Positions 1-12,035 of a stretch of DNA of 64,000 bases are shown here, one piece after another. The stretch covers positions 310,001-374,000 of the forward strand of contig OZ251250.1 of assembly GCA_965240325.2 (NCBI GenBank), written 5' to 3'. Source of the stretch: Rebecca billardiae RCC1528. Taxonomy: Eukaryota; Protista; Haptophyta. The notes beneath the pieces were generated by a model that was given only the letters and a program-made list of their open reading frames with translations, did not search any database and was not told where the DNA came from. Numbering within the stretch: the first letter of the stretch is position 1; the number at the start of each line of letters is the position of its first letter. Position numbers and translations under genes: made by a program.

Positions 1-1120
1 CCGGCGGCTGGGGCGCAGCCTGCGGCGCACGCGCAGCAGCAGCGGGGGCACCGCGCCAACCGCCCAGTGCGCGTGCTCCACGTCGAGGTGTGCGCGCGCG
101 CGTGCGCGTGTGCGCGCGCGCGTGCGCGTGTGCGCGCTGCGCGGTGGCGGTGGCGGTGGCGGTGGCGGTGGCCGCGGGGGCGCGCCGCCGTGCACGCCGG
201 CCGCGTGCCGAACCGCCGCCCCGCCCGCCACGACCGCCGCCGAGCCCCCGCCCTCCTCCCGGCGGCCCCCGCCCTCCGCCCTGCGCCCCGCCCGCGCGGC
301 TGCTGCGCCGCTGCGCCACGCCGCCCACGCTGCTGCGCCCCGCGCCCCGCCCGCGCGGCTGCTGCGCAGGACGACGAGATCGTGCACCTCACCCTCGGGC
401 TGGCGCTGTTCAGCCCGCTCGGCGTGGCGTGCACGCACGCGCCTGACGGGCGGCGGGCGGTCGAGCTCATCCTCGAAGCCGCCATGCAGTTTGACCTCGT
501 GATCATGGATAACCAGGTGAGGGAGGCGGCGCGGGCGTACGCGCGCGCGGGCGGGCGCGGGCGCGGGCGCCGGCAGGGGCGTGTGTGTGGCGCGCGCCCC
601 GTGCGCCCGCCACCAGCCCCTCAGCCGCCGCCACCGCCGCCGCCACCGCCGTGCGCAGATGCCGAACATGACGGGCACGCAGGCGACGCGCGCGCTGCGA
701 CACGGCGGCTTCAAAGGCCCCATCATTGGCGTCACAGGCGGTGCGTGCTGCGCGCGCGAGCCAACCGCTGCGCCCGCGCGGGCGCGGCCGGCGGCGGCCG
801 TTGGCGGGCGGCGCGACCCGCGAGCGCCGTGCATTCCGCGCACGCCAACGCCACCGCGCGCTCGTCGTCGGTGCCACGCCCGCCGCCGCCCCTCCCGCGC
901 TGCCCCACGCACGCCCATCGCGTGCCATTGCCGGCTGCCGCCGACGCCGCGCGCCGCCGTGCCACGCCGCGCCGCAGATCCGGTCGGGTGCGACGACCGC
1001 CGCCAGTTCGAGGCGTCTGGCGTGGAGGTCGTGCTGGACAAGGACGCGGCGAGCATACAGGCCCTCAGGGAGCGGATCGAGGCGCTCGGCTCGGGGCCGC
1101 CGCCCGGGCGAGCCGAGTGA
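1..1120 (+). CDS. Response-regulator receiver domain, 3' part of a gene starting upstream of the window (stand-alone RR or hybrid histidine kinase); exons <1-87, 370-516, 659-740, 978-1120
   Basis: Splicing GT-AG introns 88-369, 517-658 and 741-977 gives RVLHVE/DDEIVH...FDLVIMDNQ/MPNMTG...PIIGVTG/DPV...VVLDK. This has the acidic pair, phosphoacceptor Asp, and conserved Thr and Lys of CheY-like domains. Confidence 0.88.
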
Positions 1121-2889
1121 CTGATGCCAGAGCCGGCACTCGGACACTACGCGTGACACAGATCACTGCTCGCTCACCGTGTGAATCACGTACGCGGTCC
1201 GCGGGCGTGGTGATGCGTAGATGACGATGAGCGACGAGTACAGACGACGCGAATTTATGGACTACATACAGCGCTAGGCAATTGGGTGGAATTCATCCCA
1301 TTTATTTCTGGCGCACTTCCGCACTGGGGAGGCGGAAACGCTGAGCGGCAGCAGCATTTAATACTACGCGAATAATAATAAGGAATAAATAAACACTCGA
1401 TCTATAGGGAATGAATAAGCGCACGCGCGCAGTGCGACGAAAGTTTTTTCGGGTCGTATTGTATCAGCGTCGCGTAGTTATACGACTATAGTCTATATAA
1501 TATATATGCGAAGCACCATCTGCTGCGAGGCGGCCTGCTTGATCAGTTGATGCGCACGCGGCGTCCGACGAGGCAGTCTACAGGGGTCTCAACAATTAAA
1601 CGTCATCATCGTCATCACATTCTGACTGAGCTGCACGCCACTGCTCACCCTGCCCCCCTGGGCTGATCCAGGCGGCCCCCACGGCCCGTGCACGCCGGTT
1701 TCGACCCAGCGCGTCAGCCCCAGCGCGCGTGGGCTGGAGTTGGGCACACCAGCAGGTCACACGGCTGCAGGCGTACAGCCTGTCGCAGCTGGCCAGATCC
1801 TGCCGCAGGCTTGTCGTCACTGGTCGCGGGCCGTGTGCCCACACAGACCAGGCCTAAATTGTGCTTGGCAGTCGGGATCTGGTACCCCCTAGGGTGGGCT
1901 GCATGCCACCTGAGGGGGAGCTCATGGGATCAGCAGCTGCTGTGGCACAGTGCCCAATCCCGCACCCGCTGACACACCCCGAGGGTGGCCAGCCCGACCC
2001 GACTTGAGGGGGCTGGAGTGGGGCTGGTGCAGCCAAGAGCTCTGGCAGCCTAGCTGCTGGTGGCTGGCCTGCATGGATCATTTCAAGCTGACCACCCATC
2101 ACCGCCGTGCTGCCTGTCGCACCCCTCGCTGCACCCACCTGGGCTGCTCGGCACATGCGCACTCTGGATGGCACCACAGCCCAGCATGGAGAGCTGGCTG
2201 ACAAGCAGCCACCCACTCGTCAGAATGGCCAGGCGGGAGTGGGCTGTGCTAGACCACATCTAGCCATCAGGCAATCAAGTGCTCACATGCCTGTCCAGTG
2301 GCACAAACAGAGATACAGCTAATTGTTGAGACCCCTCAGGCACCCTCGGGGCTCAGCTGCGGCTCGGCCTGGCAGCGCACGCTCAGCAAGCTCGCGTGCC
2401 GGCCTGCACCTTGCCCGCCGCCTTGACTCTCGAGCAAGAGGATCGACGTAAGAGCGAGCGTGTGCCGCCGAGCTGCTGTCCGGCAGCTGACCCGCGACTG
2501 CAGCCGCTGGCCGCGGTGCCTGGCCTCGGCGCGGCCCCACAGGCTCAGCGCTGGGAGCTCATTACCTCCTCGTGCCGCTCCGACGGCCTCCAGGCGTTTC
2601 GGAGCCGCCGCGCCGCCTTGGCCGCCTCGTCCTCGTCGATCAGCTGAACGGCGGGAGTGATGTCTCTGCGCAGCTGAGTGTGACGTGACAAGCGAGGCGA
2701 CGAGCGACAGCAGCCCGATGACCAAGCCGACGAGCTCATCGTACGGGCCGTCACGCGTGCGCTCGTGCCGTGTCTGAGCTGGCTCGCGCTCGTACGCCGA
2801 CCAGGCTTTGCTCGGACTGAACGCGTGTGCTCAGGCGTCGGCCGCCATCCTGAGTCCGCCATACGCGAGTCCGCCATCCTGACCGATCG

Positions 2890-5447
2890 TCACTGCTGCT
2901 GCTGCTGCTGCTGCTCAGCCCCAGAGTCCCCGCCCGCCTCGGCGGCGGCGGCGGCGTCAGCCGCGTCCACGCCCGCCCCGCTCGGCCCCGCGCCGCCCGC
3001 CGCGCCCAGCGCCGCGCCGCTGTCGAACGGCTCGAGGTCGCTCGACGGGCAGAGGAGCGCCTGCCGCAGCAGCATCGTGGCGAACGCGCTCGGCGGGAGA
3101 TCGAATCTCACGAGCGCGCACGGCGGCCGGTGCGGCCGCCGCTCGGGCGCGGCGGCGGGCGGTGGCCCGCCCGGCGGCGGCGGCGCGGCGGCGCGCGCCC
3201 CCGCGGCGCAGCCCGCGGCGCCGCTCGGAGGCGGCGGCCGCGCCGCCGCCTCCGCCTCCGCCTCCGCCTCCGCCTCCGCCTCCGCCTCGCTCAGCCACTC
3301 CACCGCCACGCCGCCCGGCCGCACCACCAGCGGGCGGTACCGGTTGCCCGACGGCAGCGCCGCGCGCGGCACGCCGTCGGCGGCGAGGCGCGCCTCGAAG
3401 GCGGCCTGCAGCGCGGGCTGGGCGTACGCGGCGCAGCGCGAGGGCAGCTGCAGCAGTACATCGGAGAGCGGCCGCGCGGGATGTAGGGCGGCCGCCGCGC
3501 CCTCGCCGCCGCCGGCGCCGCCCGCCACCGCCGGCGCAGGCGCAGGCGGGAGCACCGTCACTTCGGCCGCGGGCACGAGCCCGCGCGCGGCGGTGCGCGC
3601 GGGCGGCGCGCCCTCCGCCGCCGCCTCGCCGCTGCCGCCGCCGGCGGCGGCGGCGGCGGCGGCCTCCTGCGGCGCCGCGCGCACCGCATCGCCCGGCACC
3701 GCGCCGTCCGCGCCGTGCGCGCGCAGCCGCGCGCTCGCGAGCAGGTTCCACAGCGAAGACGTGTACGCCTCGACGAGCAGCGAGCGATGCGCGTGGCCGA
3801 GCGCGAGGATCGCGCCGCGTCCGTCGAGTCCGCGCTCGAGCGCTCGCAGCACGCACCGCTCGGCGTGGAGCCGCTCGGCGCCGGCGCGGCCGCAGCGCTT
3901 GAGCGCGCGCAGCGTGCGCCGCGCGTCGCGGCTCGCGCGCCACTCCGCGCGCGTCGCCGCCACCGCCGCGCCCTCCGCCGGCCACCGGTCCGCGCCGAGC
4001 AGCGCGTCCACCGCTTCGTCAAACTGGCCGCGCAGCAGCAGCCGGCCGAGCGCCGGGCCGGACGCGGGGTGCCCCGCGTCGCGGCCGCAGCGCTGCAGTC
4101 CGTAGTAGTTGACGAAGCCGACGGCGCCGACGGAGGCCAGCCCGGCCTCGAGCGCGCGCATCGCGCACGCCGCCGACGCCTCCGCCTCGTCGCCCGCCGC
4201 CGCCGCGTCGGTGTCGGCGGCCGCGGCGGCGTCGGCGTCGGCGGCGTCGGCGGCGGCATCGGCGCGCGCGGCGGCGGCGCGCGCGGCGGCCGCGCCCGCC
4301 GACTCGGCCGCGCCCTCGCCGCCCGGCCGCAGCCGCAGCCCGCGCACGACGATCTCGAAGCGGTTGCCGCCGTGCCACCCCATCGCCACGGGCGCGTGCG
4401 CCCACGCGGGCGAGCCCAGCCGCACCTGCCGCGGCCGGAGCTCCGCGGCCGCGCGGCGCACAGCGCTCAGCGCCGCGGCGGCGCCGTCGGCGGCGCCGCC
4501 GTCGGGCCAGCGCACTGAGATGCGCTGCCGCGTGCGCGCGCGCTTGTCCTTCGTGCCGGAGAGCGCGATCGCGGAGGGCGGCACGCGCAGCGCGCGCCCG
4601 AGCAGCGGCAGCAGCGCGTGCGACTCGATGAGAACCTTCTCCACGCTCAGCCACAGATACGGCGCGGCGGGAGCGGGCGCGGGCGCGGGCGCGCCGGCCG
4701 CGGCGGCCGCGGCGGCGGTCTGGGGCGCGGGCGCGGGCTCGGAGGCGGCGGCGTCGGCGTGGGCGGCGTGGGCGGCGACGGCGACGGGCGGCGCCACCGC
4801 CGCGCCGCCGCGCTTGGGCGGCGGCGGCGCGCACCCCTCGCCGCCGCGCGCCCCCGCCGGCGGCGCGCCACGCTTGGGTCGGCGCGGCTCTGATCTCCGC
4901 AGGACCAGCCCGACGCCCTCGCCGCTCTTGTCCTTGACCGTGTCGGCGCGCAGCGTGGGGAGGTGGCGGCGGAGGACGGGGTACGCGGCGCAGCGGTCCT
5001 CGCGGTCGGGCAGCGGCAGCTCCAGCCTCGGCGGCGCGGGCGCCCGCGGCTCGCGCGCCGCGAAGCGCAGCACCGCGCACACCGCCGCGTCGCCGCCCGC
5101 GCGCGCGAGCGCCGCTCGCAGTCCTGGGATTGCTGGGTGCGGCCGGACTTTGATGAACTCGGCGCCGGCGCCGTCGGTGCTGAGCGCGGGCGCGAGCGCG
5201 CGCACCGCGCGGTGCCACGCCGCGCGGCGCGGCTTGTCCAGCGCCGACACGTCCACGCGCAGCTCCGGCGGCGCCGCCCCCTCCGCCGCAGCGCGCAAGC
5301 CCGCGTGCGCGCGCATCCAGGCCCAGAGCTCGCGCGCGCCCGCCGCGCCGAGCGCGGCGCCGAGCGGCGGTGGCGGCTCGTGCGCGAGCTCGGCGGCAGC
5401 GGCGGGCGCATCCCCGCCGCCATCGCCGCCCTCCTCCCCACCGCTCT

Positions 5448-5507
<60 letters not shown>

Positions 5508-5693
5508 GCGCGTGGAGCATGTCAACAGGCGGTAGCTCATCCAGCGCCTCGAGCGCCGCGCGCAGCTGCGCGTCCGCCTCGGCGGCGGCGGCGGCCTCGG
5601 CGGCGGAGGGCGGCGGTGGCGCTGCGCCCGCGCCGCCCGCGCGGGCAGCCGCCGCCGTGCCCGCCGCCGCCGCCGTGCCCACCGGCGGCGCGC

Positions 5694-5725
<32 letters not shown>

Positions 5726-5895
5726 CCGAGCGGCGCGCGCTCGTCGAGGGCGACGGGGAGTCCGGTGGTCGGGTCGAGCTCGAGGACGGTGAAGTCGGCG
5801 GCGTGCGCCTTGATCACGCCGAGGAGCGCGCGCTGCTCGCGCGCGGGCGCGAGGAACTCGGTGATGTTCGCCGCGCGCTCGGCGTCGGCGGCCAT
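2890..5895 (-). CDS. PUS7: tRNA pseudouridine synthase, TruD/PUS7 family, single exon
   Basis: Motifs GVIK..ADFTVLE, SGTKDKRARTRQRIS (catalytic Asp), GNRFEIVVR, GFVNYYGLQRCG, GNRYRPLVVRP and FDLPPSAFATMLLRQ. First plausible ATG at 5895. Confidence 0.9.
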
Positions 5896-6247
5896 CTGCG
5901 CGGCGGGCACGTCGCGAGCTTGTGAGCGGCTCGAGGCTGCATGCACCAAACGACGGCGGTTCACGCGCCTCCTAATCGTCCACCCGCTTGGCCTATTCAA
6001 GCACCCGTATTCGAGCACCCGCCCGGTTGCCCAGCCTCCCGGCGCAGCCCGGCGAGTACATACTCGTCATGCGGGTTTGAGTTACCCCTTTGAGTACAAG
6101 AGCTCGGGGGCCCAGCTCGCCCAGTAGCCAGCCATTGTCTCAATCACAGTGGCAGGCTGAGCCCTGCGCTCGGCCGCACGAGCTGCCAGCTGCTGCTCGC
6201 GAGCTGCCGCGTGCGTCGCGGCGCCTGCGCGGGGAGGCGCACGCACG

Positions 6248-9200
6248 ATGAGCGCGGCCGCCGAGGCGGCCGGCGTGCTCTCGGTCCAGCTCGAGGGCCT
6301 CTCCGGCCTCCCCACCGCCGACGGCTCCGAGGCCCTCACCGTGCAGGTCGTGGCGACGCTGCTGCAAGGCGCGCGGCGCGAGCAGCGCGTGTCCGAACCG
6401 CGCGCGTACGCGGCCGAGCTGGCGTGGCCGGCGGAGGAGGTGCGCGCGCGGCGCGGCGCGAGGCATGACCTCGCGTGCGCCCGCCTCGCGCCCCCGCCGC
6501 CCGCCGCCGCCGCGCCTCCGCGCCGCTGACGCGCGCGCGGCCGCCTCGCTCGCTCGGTGCGCGCCTCGCGACGCGCCTCGCGGCGCGCAGGTGTTCGAGT
6601 TTGGCGGCGTGCTGCAGCGCGCGCGGCTGTTCGTCGACGTGTACGCCCACGCGGGCGCGCCGCTCCCCGCCTCCTCGCCCACCTCGCCGCCGCCCTCCGC
6701 GCCGCCGCGGCCGCCCGATTCGTCGTCGCTTCTCGGAAAGGTCGGGCTGTGTGTCGACGAGCTGCGCGCGGACGCGCTGCTCGAGTGCGCGCGGCGGCTG
6801 CTGCACGGCGTGCTGCGCCTGCGCGTGCGGTACTCGTGCGTCGAGGGCGTGCCGCGCCCGCCCGCGCGCGCCCACCTCCCGCCCGTCGGCCTCGCGTTCA
6901 AGCCGCCGAGCCCGGCGGCGCTCGGCGGCGGCGGCGGCGGCGGCGGCGGCGCGCGCGCCGGGCCGGCGGCGGCGGCGGCGGCGGAGGGCGCGGAGGGCGG
7001 CGGCGCGCCGAACGGGCGCGCGGAGTCGCCGCGCCGGCCGCCGCTCGAGCTCAGCGTGCGCGCGCGCTCGCGCACGCCCTCCATCATCGTCTCGCAGGCC
7101 GACGGCTCGGAGATCTCAGCGCTGGAGGAGCACGTGTTGCGCGTGCGGAGCGCGTCGGGCGGCGGCGGCGGCGGCGGCGGGGGCGGTGGTGGGGACGGCG
7201 GCGGTGGGGACGGGCACCACGCGAGCGAGGCGCAGTCCCCGTCCGACTCGCGCGCCGCCTCGCTCTCCCTCGACGCCGGACTCTCCAGTCCGGAAGAGGT
7301 CGCGTCCGCCCTGCGCTGCTACCGCGCGCTCAAAGTGTTCGCGGCCGACGCGGCCGTGTCCGTGGAGGCCTTCCTGCTCGACGCGGCCAAGTCGGAGCGC
7401 GGCTCGGGGGCGGGCACGCCGAGGAGCAGGAGCGGCTCGTCCGCCGACACCAGCGCGCGCGGCGGCGGACTGCGCAGGCCGCCGCGCAACTCGTGGGCCG
7501 GGTGCGCGCGCGCGCGGCGCGTGCGGCGCGTGCGGCGCGCGGCGCGCGCGGTGCGCGGCCGCGCGCGGCGCGCGGCCGCGCTCGGCACGGGGGGCGGCGG
7601 CTGACGCGCTGCGCTGCGCTGCGCTCGGCCGTGCGCTGCGCCGTGCCGCGCGCGCGTGCCCCCCCACCGCGCGGCGCAGCCGCTCCAACTTCGAGCGGCA
7701 GTCGCAGTCCGACCTCGACGCCATGGCCATCACGCAGGCGGGGTCGGGGCAGACGCTTTTTGACGAAGCCGAGTTCTCCGAATTCCTGAGCGACTACACG
7801 CGCGAGGAGGCGCTCGAGCGCATCGAGAGCCCGGCGTTCCGGACGCGGCGGCAGTCGACGCAGCCGGGCGGCGGGAGCCGCCGGCAGTCGCGCGTCTCCG
7901 TGCTCTCCGCCACCGGCGGCTCCGGCGCCTCCGGCGGCCCCTCCGTCCGCTCCGTCTCGCCCGTTTCGTTTGCGGCCGCCGCGTCGCGCAACCGCGAGAC
8001 GCAGCGGCGCGCGGAGGAGCTGTTACGCCCGTCGTTACGCCGGCAGTCGCTCGAGTCGACGCTGTCGGAGGAGGAGGCGGAGGAGCTCGCGCGCGAGCCC
8101 ACGATCGACTCGATCGCGCTGCAGCACGTCCCCGCCTCCGCCGCCGTGCCGCGCGGCCCCGCAGACCCGCAGGTGTCGGCGCTGCTCGAGGCGCTCGCGC
8201 CGTCCGCGGACGGGCGGCCATGCCCGCGGCTGCTGGCGTGGGACTTCGACATCTTTTCGATCGAGAAGATCCTCGGTGCGCGGGGGGGAGGGGGCGCGGC
8301 GGGCGCGGCGGGCGGGCGGGCGGCGGCCCGCGCGGGCGGGCGGGGAGGAGGGCGGCGGCGCGCGCCGGGCGCGCCGCAGCGCGGCGGTGTTGGCATGGGC
8401 GCGCGCGGCGCGCTCGGCGGCGGCGGCGGCGGCGCGCTCGCGCGCGCGGCGCGGCCGGCGGGCGCGCGCCGTTGCGCGCGCCGCGTGCTCACACCCGCCC
8501 GGCCCCTGCCCCCTCCGCGTGCGCGTGCGTGTGGCACGCGCGCGTCTGTGCGCGTGCGCGCGTGTGCGTGCATGTGCGTGCATGTGTGCGTGTGCGTGTG
8601 CGTGTGCGTGTGCGTGTGCGCGTGCGCGCGTGCGCGTGCGCGCGTGCGTGCGTGTGCGCGTGTGTGTGCGCGTGCGCGTGTGCGTGTGCGCGTGTGTGTG
8701 CCCCCAGGCCCGGCGGTGCTCCCGTTCTGCGTGCTCTCGTACATGCGCACGCTGCCGCTCTTCTCCGAGCTGCCGATCGACCACCTCGACTTTGCGCGCT
8801 TCCTCTCGCACATCGGCGTGCACTACCGCGACATCCCCTACCACTCGGCCACGCACGCGGCCGACGCGTTTCAGGCCATGTGCGCGCACGCGCGTACACG
8901 CGCGCACACGCACATGCACGTACATGCACGTACATGCACGCGCACGCACGCGCACACGCGCACACGCACGCGCACTGGCACGCACACACGCGCCTCTTCC
9001 CTTGCCACGCACGCACCCACGCGCGCGCTGCGCGCTGCGCGCGTGCGCGTGCGCGTGCGCGTGCGCGTGCGCGTGCGCGTGCGCGTGCAGGGTGCACATC
9101 CTCGAGCGCGGCGTGGCGGAGGTGGGCGAGGGGCGCGACGCGTGGCACCTGAGCGAGGGCGAGACGCTCGGCGTGCTCGTGGGCGCGGCGGTGCACGACG

Positions 9201-10630
9201 TGGACCACACCGGGCAGAACAACGCCTTCCACGTCGCGACGGCGTCCGAGCTCGCGCTCACGTACAACGACGTGAGCGTGCTCGAGAACCACCACTGCGC
9301 GTTCGCATTCAAGGCGATGCAGGTGGCCGGGCGCGACTTTGCCGCCAGGCTCGACCAGCAGACGTACAAGGACTTCCGCGAGATCTTGATCTCGGTGGTG
9401 CTCGGGACGGACATGTCGAAGCACTTTGAGCACGTGGCGCAGCTCTCCGCGGCGGTGGAGGCGGAGACGGCCCTCGACTTCACCAACTCGACCGCGGACC
9501 GGCGCTTCCTGCTGCAGGTCGCCATGCACGCCGCCGACATCAGCAACGCGTGCCGCCCCAACGCGCTCGCGGTCGAGTGGACGTACCGGTGCGCGCGGGG
9601 GGTAGGGTTGGGGGTAGGGTTTGGGTAGGGGGACGTACCGGTGCGCGGACGGCCGCGCGGGCGGCTGGCTGGGCGCACAGGCGGGGCGGGGCGGCGCGCG
9701 CTGGGCGCAGGCGGGGCGCCGCGGACGCGCCGCGCGCGCGCGCGCCTCGCCGCGCGCACCGCCGCTGAGCGTGCGCACGCCCGCCCCTCCCGCGCGCACA
9801 CACACACGCACACACGCCGCCCCCAGCGTGACGCGCGAGTTCTACGCGCAGGGCGACGAGGAGAAGCGCCTCGGGCTGCCCGTCACCAAGTTCTTCGACC
9901 GCGAGACGGCGCAGCTGCCGCGCTCGCAGGTCGGCTTCTTCGACTTCATCGTCAAGCCGCTGTTCGACCAGCTCGAGCAGGTGGTGCCGCTGGCGCACCT
10001 CAGCGAGTGCCTCGCGGGGAACAAGGCGTTTTGGATCGCGCGGTGCGCCGCGCGCGCGGCCCCCCCTGCGCCGCGCGCGCGGCCGCAGACGCGCGCTCAC
10101 GAGCGAGCGCCCTGCTGCGCACGCACCGCGCGTGCGCACGCGCGCGCGCGCCGCGCCCTCGCCGCCGACCGCCGCCGACCGCCGCCCGCCGCCCGCCGCG
10201 CCCGCCGCCGCGTCTGCAGCATGGAAGAAGACGACGGCACGGGCAGCGCGGCCGACGCGGCCGCGATCGGCGGCTGCTCGCGCAAGGGCTCGCATGCCAA
10301 CATGTCCGCCATGAGCGCCGCGCTCTCCGACTCGGCCATCGAGGAGGAGGACAGCAGCGGCGGCGAGGAGGCGGAGGCGGCGGCGGGCGGCGGCGCCGAA
10401 GCGGCGGGCGGAGGCGCCGGGGCGGCGCGCGCGCGCGGCGGCCGCGCGCGCGGTGCCGGCGGCGGTGACGGCGGCGCGGACGGCAGCGGCGGCGGCTTCG
10501 ACCCGACCGAGCCGCTGGCGCTGCAGGGGCGCAGAAGCACGCTGGACGCGGAGCTCGGCTCGATGGGCAACTCGCCGGATCTGGCGGGAAGGCTGGCGGG
10601 CGCGCCCGGCGCGCGCGACGGCGGCGGCGG

Positions 10631-10662
<32 letters not shown>

Positions 10663-11084
10663 ACGAGGACGACGACGGCGGCGGCGAGCCGTCCGCGCTG
10701 CCGCCCAAGCTCACCGCGTCCAACCTCGCCGCGGCCGCGTCGCCGCCCTCGCCCCCGGGCCCGGCGGGGCGCACGCAGCAGCACCAGCCGCCCATGGCCG
10801 CAGGTCTGACGGACGACCACTTTCCCGCGCAGATGCGCTCACGCTCCTCCTCAGTCTCCTCGCGCCGCTCGCGCGGCCGGCTCTCAGTCGCGTCCATCCC
10901 CGAGCTGGACGTGCTGCACATGGAGGCGATGGAGGAGGACGGGGCGGGCGGCGCGGAGGGCGCCGAGCTGCCGGAGCCGCCGGGAGGCGAAGGCAGCCCG
11001 GGCTCGGACGGCGGCGGGGGAGGCGCGGGCGCGCGCGCGGCGGAGCACGCGCACGCGGACGCAGCCGACGACGGCGCGCTGTGA
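6248..11084 (+). CDS. Class I 3',5'-cyclic nucleotide phosphodiesterase with N-terminal C2-like domain; exons 6248-6439, 6591-7501, 7680-8275, 8708-8879, 9091-9588, 9827-10042, 10220-11084
   Basis: Six GT-AG introns splice in frame. PDEase motifs: YHSATHAAD, HDVDHTGQNNAF, YNDVSVLENHH, LGTDMSKHF, HAADISN, EFYAQGD, QVGFFDFIVKPLF. Confidence 0.92.
8515..9090. repeat. Intronic (GTGCGC/GTGT)n and (CACG)n microsatellite tracts in PDE introns 3 and 4
   Basis: Low-complexity purine-pyrimidine runs at about 8515-8700 and 8880-9090, separated by exon 4 (8708-8879). Confidence 0.85.
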
Positions 11085-11525
11085 CCCGCCCGCCGACCGG
11101 CGGGGGGCCAGCCGCCACTCAGCGCCCGCCGGCAGCCCCCTGGCCCTGCTCGTCGCGCCATGCCGACGGGCGGATCCGTCCCGGAATGATCACAGATCAG
11201 GATGGCCCGCGGCGGCCCCGGTCGGCATGCGCGCGGCGGGGCGCGCGGCCACGGGCGGGGCGCGCGATGAGCCGATATACATACAGTAGTGTATGACTAC
11301 GAGTCCTGATGCTGTCTTCGCAGCAGCAACTCTGCATATGCTAGCTGTCATCGTCGACTGTCGCCAGTGACCGACGAGTGACGACGAGGTACGCCCGCGG
11401 TACTGCTATACGGTCGAGGTTTCGAAATTCGCGATGAATTCGTCACGTATGACGTTGGATAGAAAAGCGGATGGCGTGCGTGCGGGACTGCGGGCGGGCC
11501 TCCGCCCCGGCCGCGACGACGAACG

Positions 11526-12001
11526 ATGGCGGCGGCGGCGTCGCCGTCGACGATGCGCTCGCGCTTCTTTGGGGCGCGCGAGCGCGGGCGCGACGAGGAC
11601 ATCGCCGCGGCGCTCGACGACCTTCGCCGCGAGCGCCGCCGCGCCGCGCCGCGCGAGCCCGCGCCCGCCGCCGCGCCGCGCGCCGCCGCCGGCGACGCGG
11701 CCGCGGCCGCGGCGCCCTCCGCGGCCACGCACGCGGCCGCGGAGGCGGAGCTGTGCGCCATCTGCCTCGAGCCGCCCGAGCTGCCGGCGCAGCTGCGCAG
11801 CTGCCGCCACCGCTTCTGCGTGCCGTGCCTCGTGCCGTGGGTCGCCAGGTGCTCGCGCTGCCCGCTGTGCAAGCGCGAGATTCAATCTTACGCGTACCAG
11901 CAGCCAGGGGGGCAGCACGTGCGCTGCCAGGTGCCGCCGCGGGCGCTCGCGCCGGCGCCGCTCGAGGGCGGCTGGGAGGACGGCGCGTCCGGGGGCGAGG
12001 C

Positions 12002-12035
<34 letters not shown>

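Noticed and set aside
2330-2880. Short ORFs downstream of PUS7
   Set aside because: Some protein-like text but no recognisable motif or consistent frame, so a gene cannot be supported.
4085-4120. PUS7 QRCG instead of the usual QRFG as a sign of inactivation
   Set aside because: It is a single substitution, while the catalytic GTKD and the other motifs are intact.
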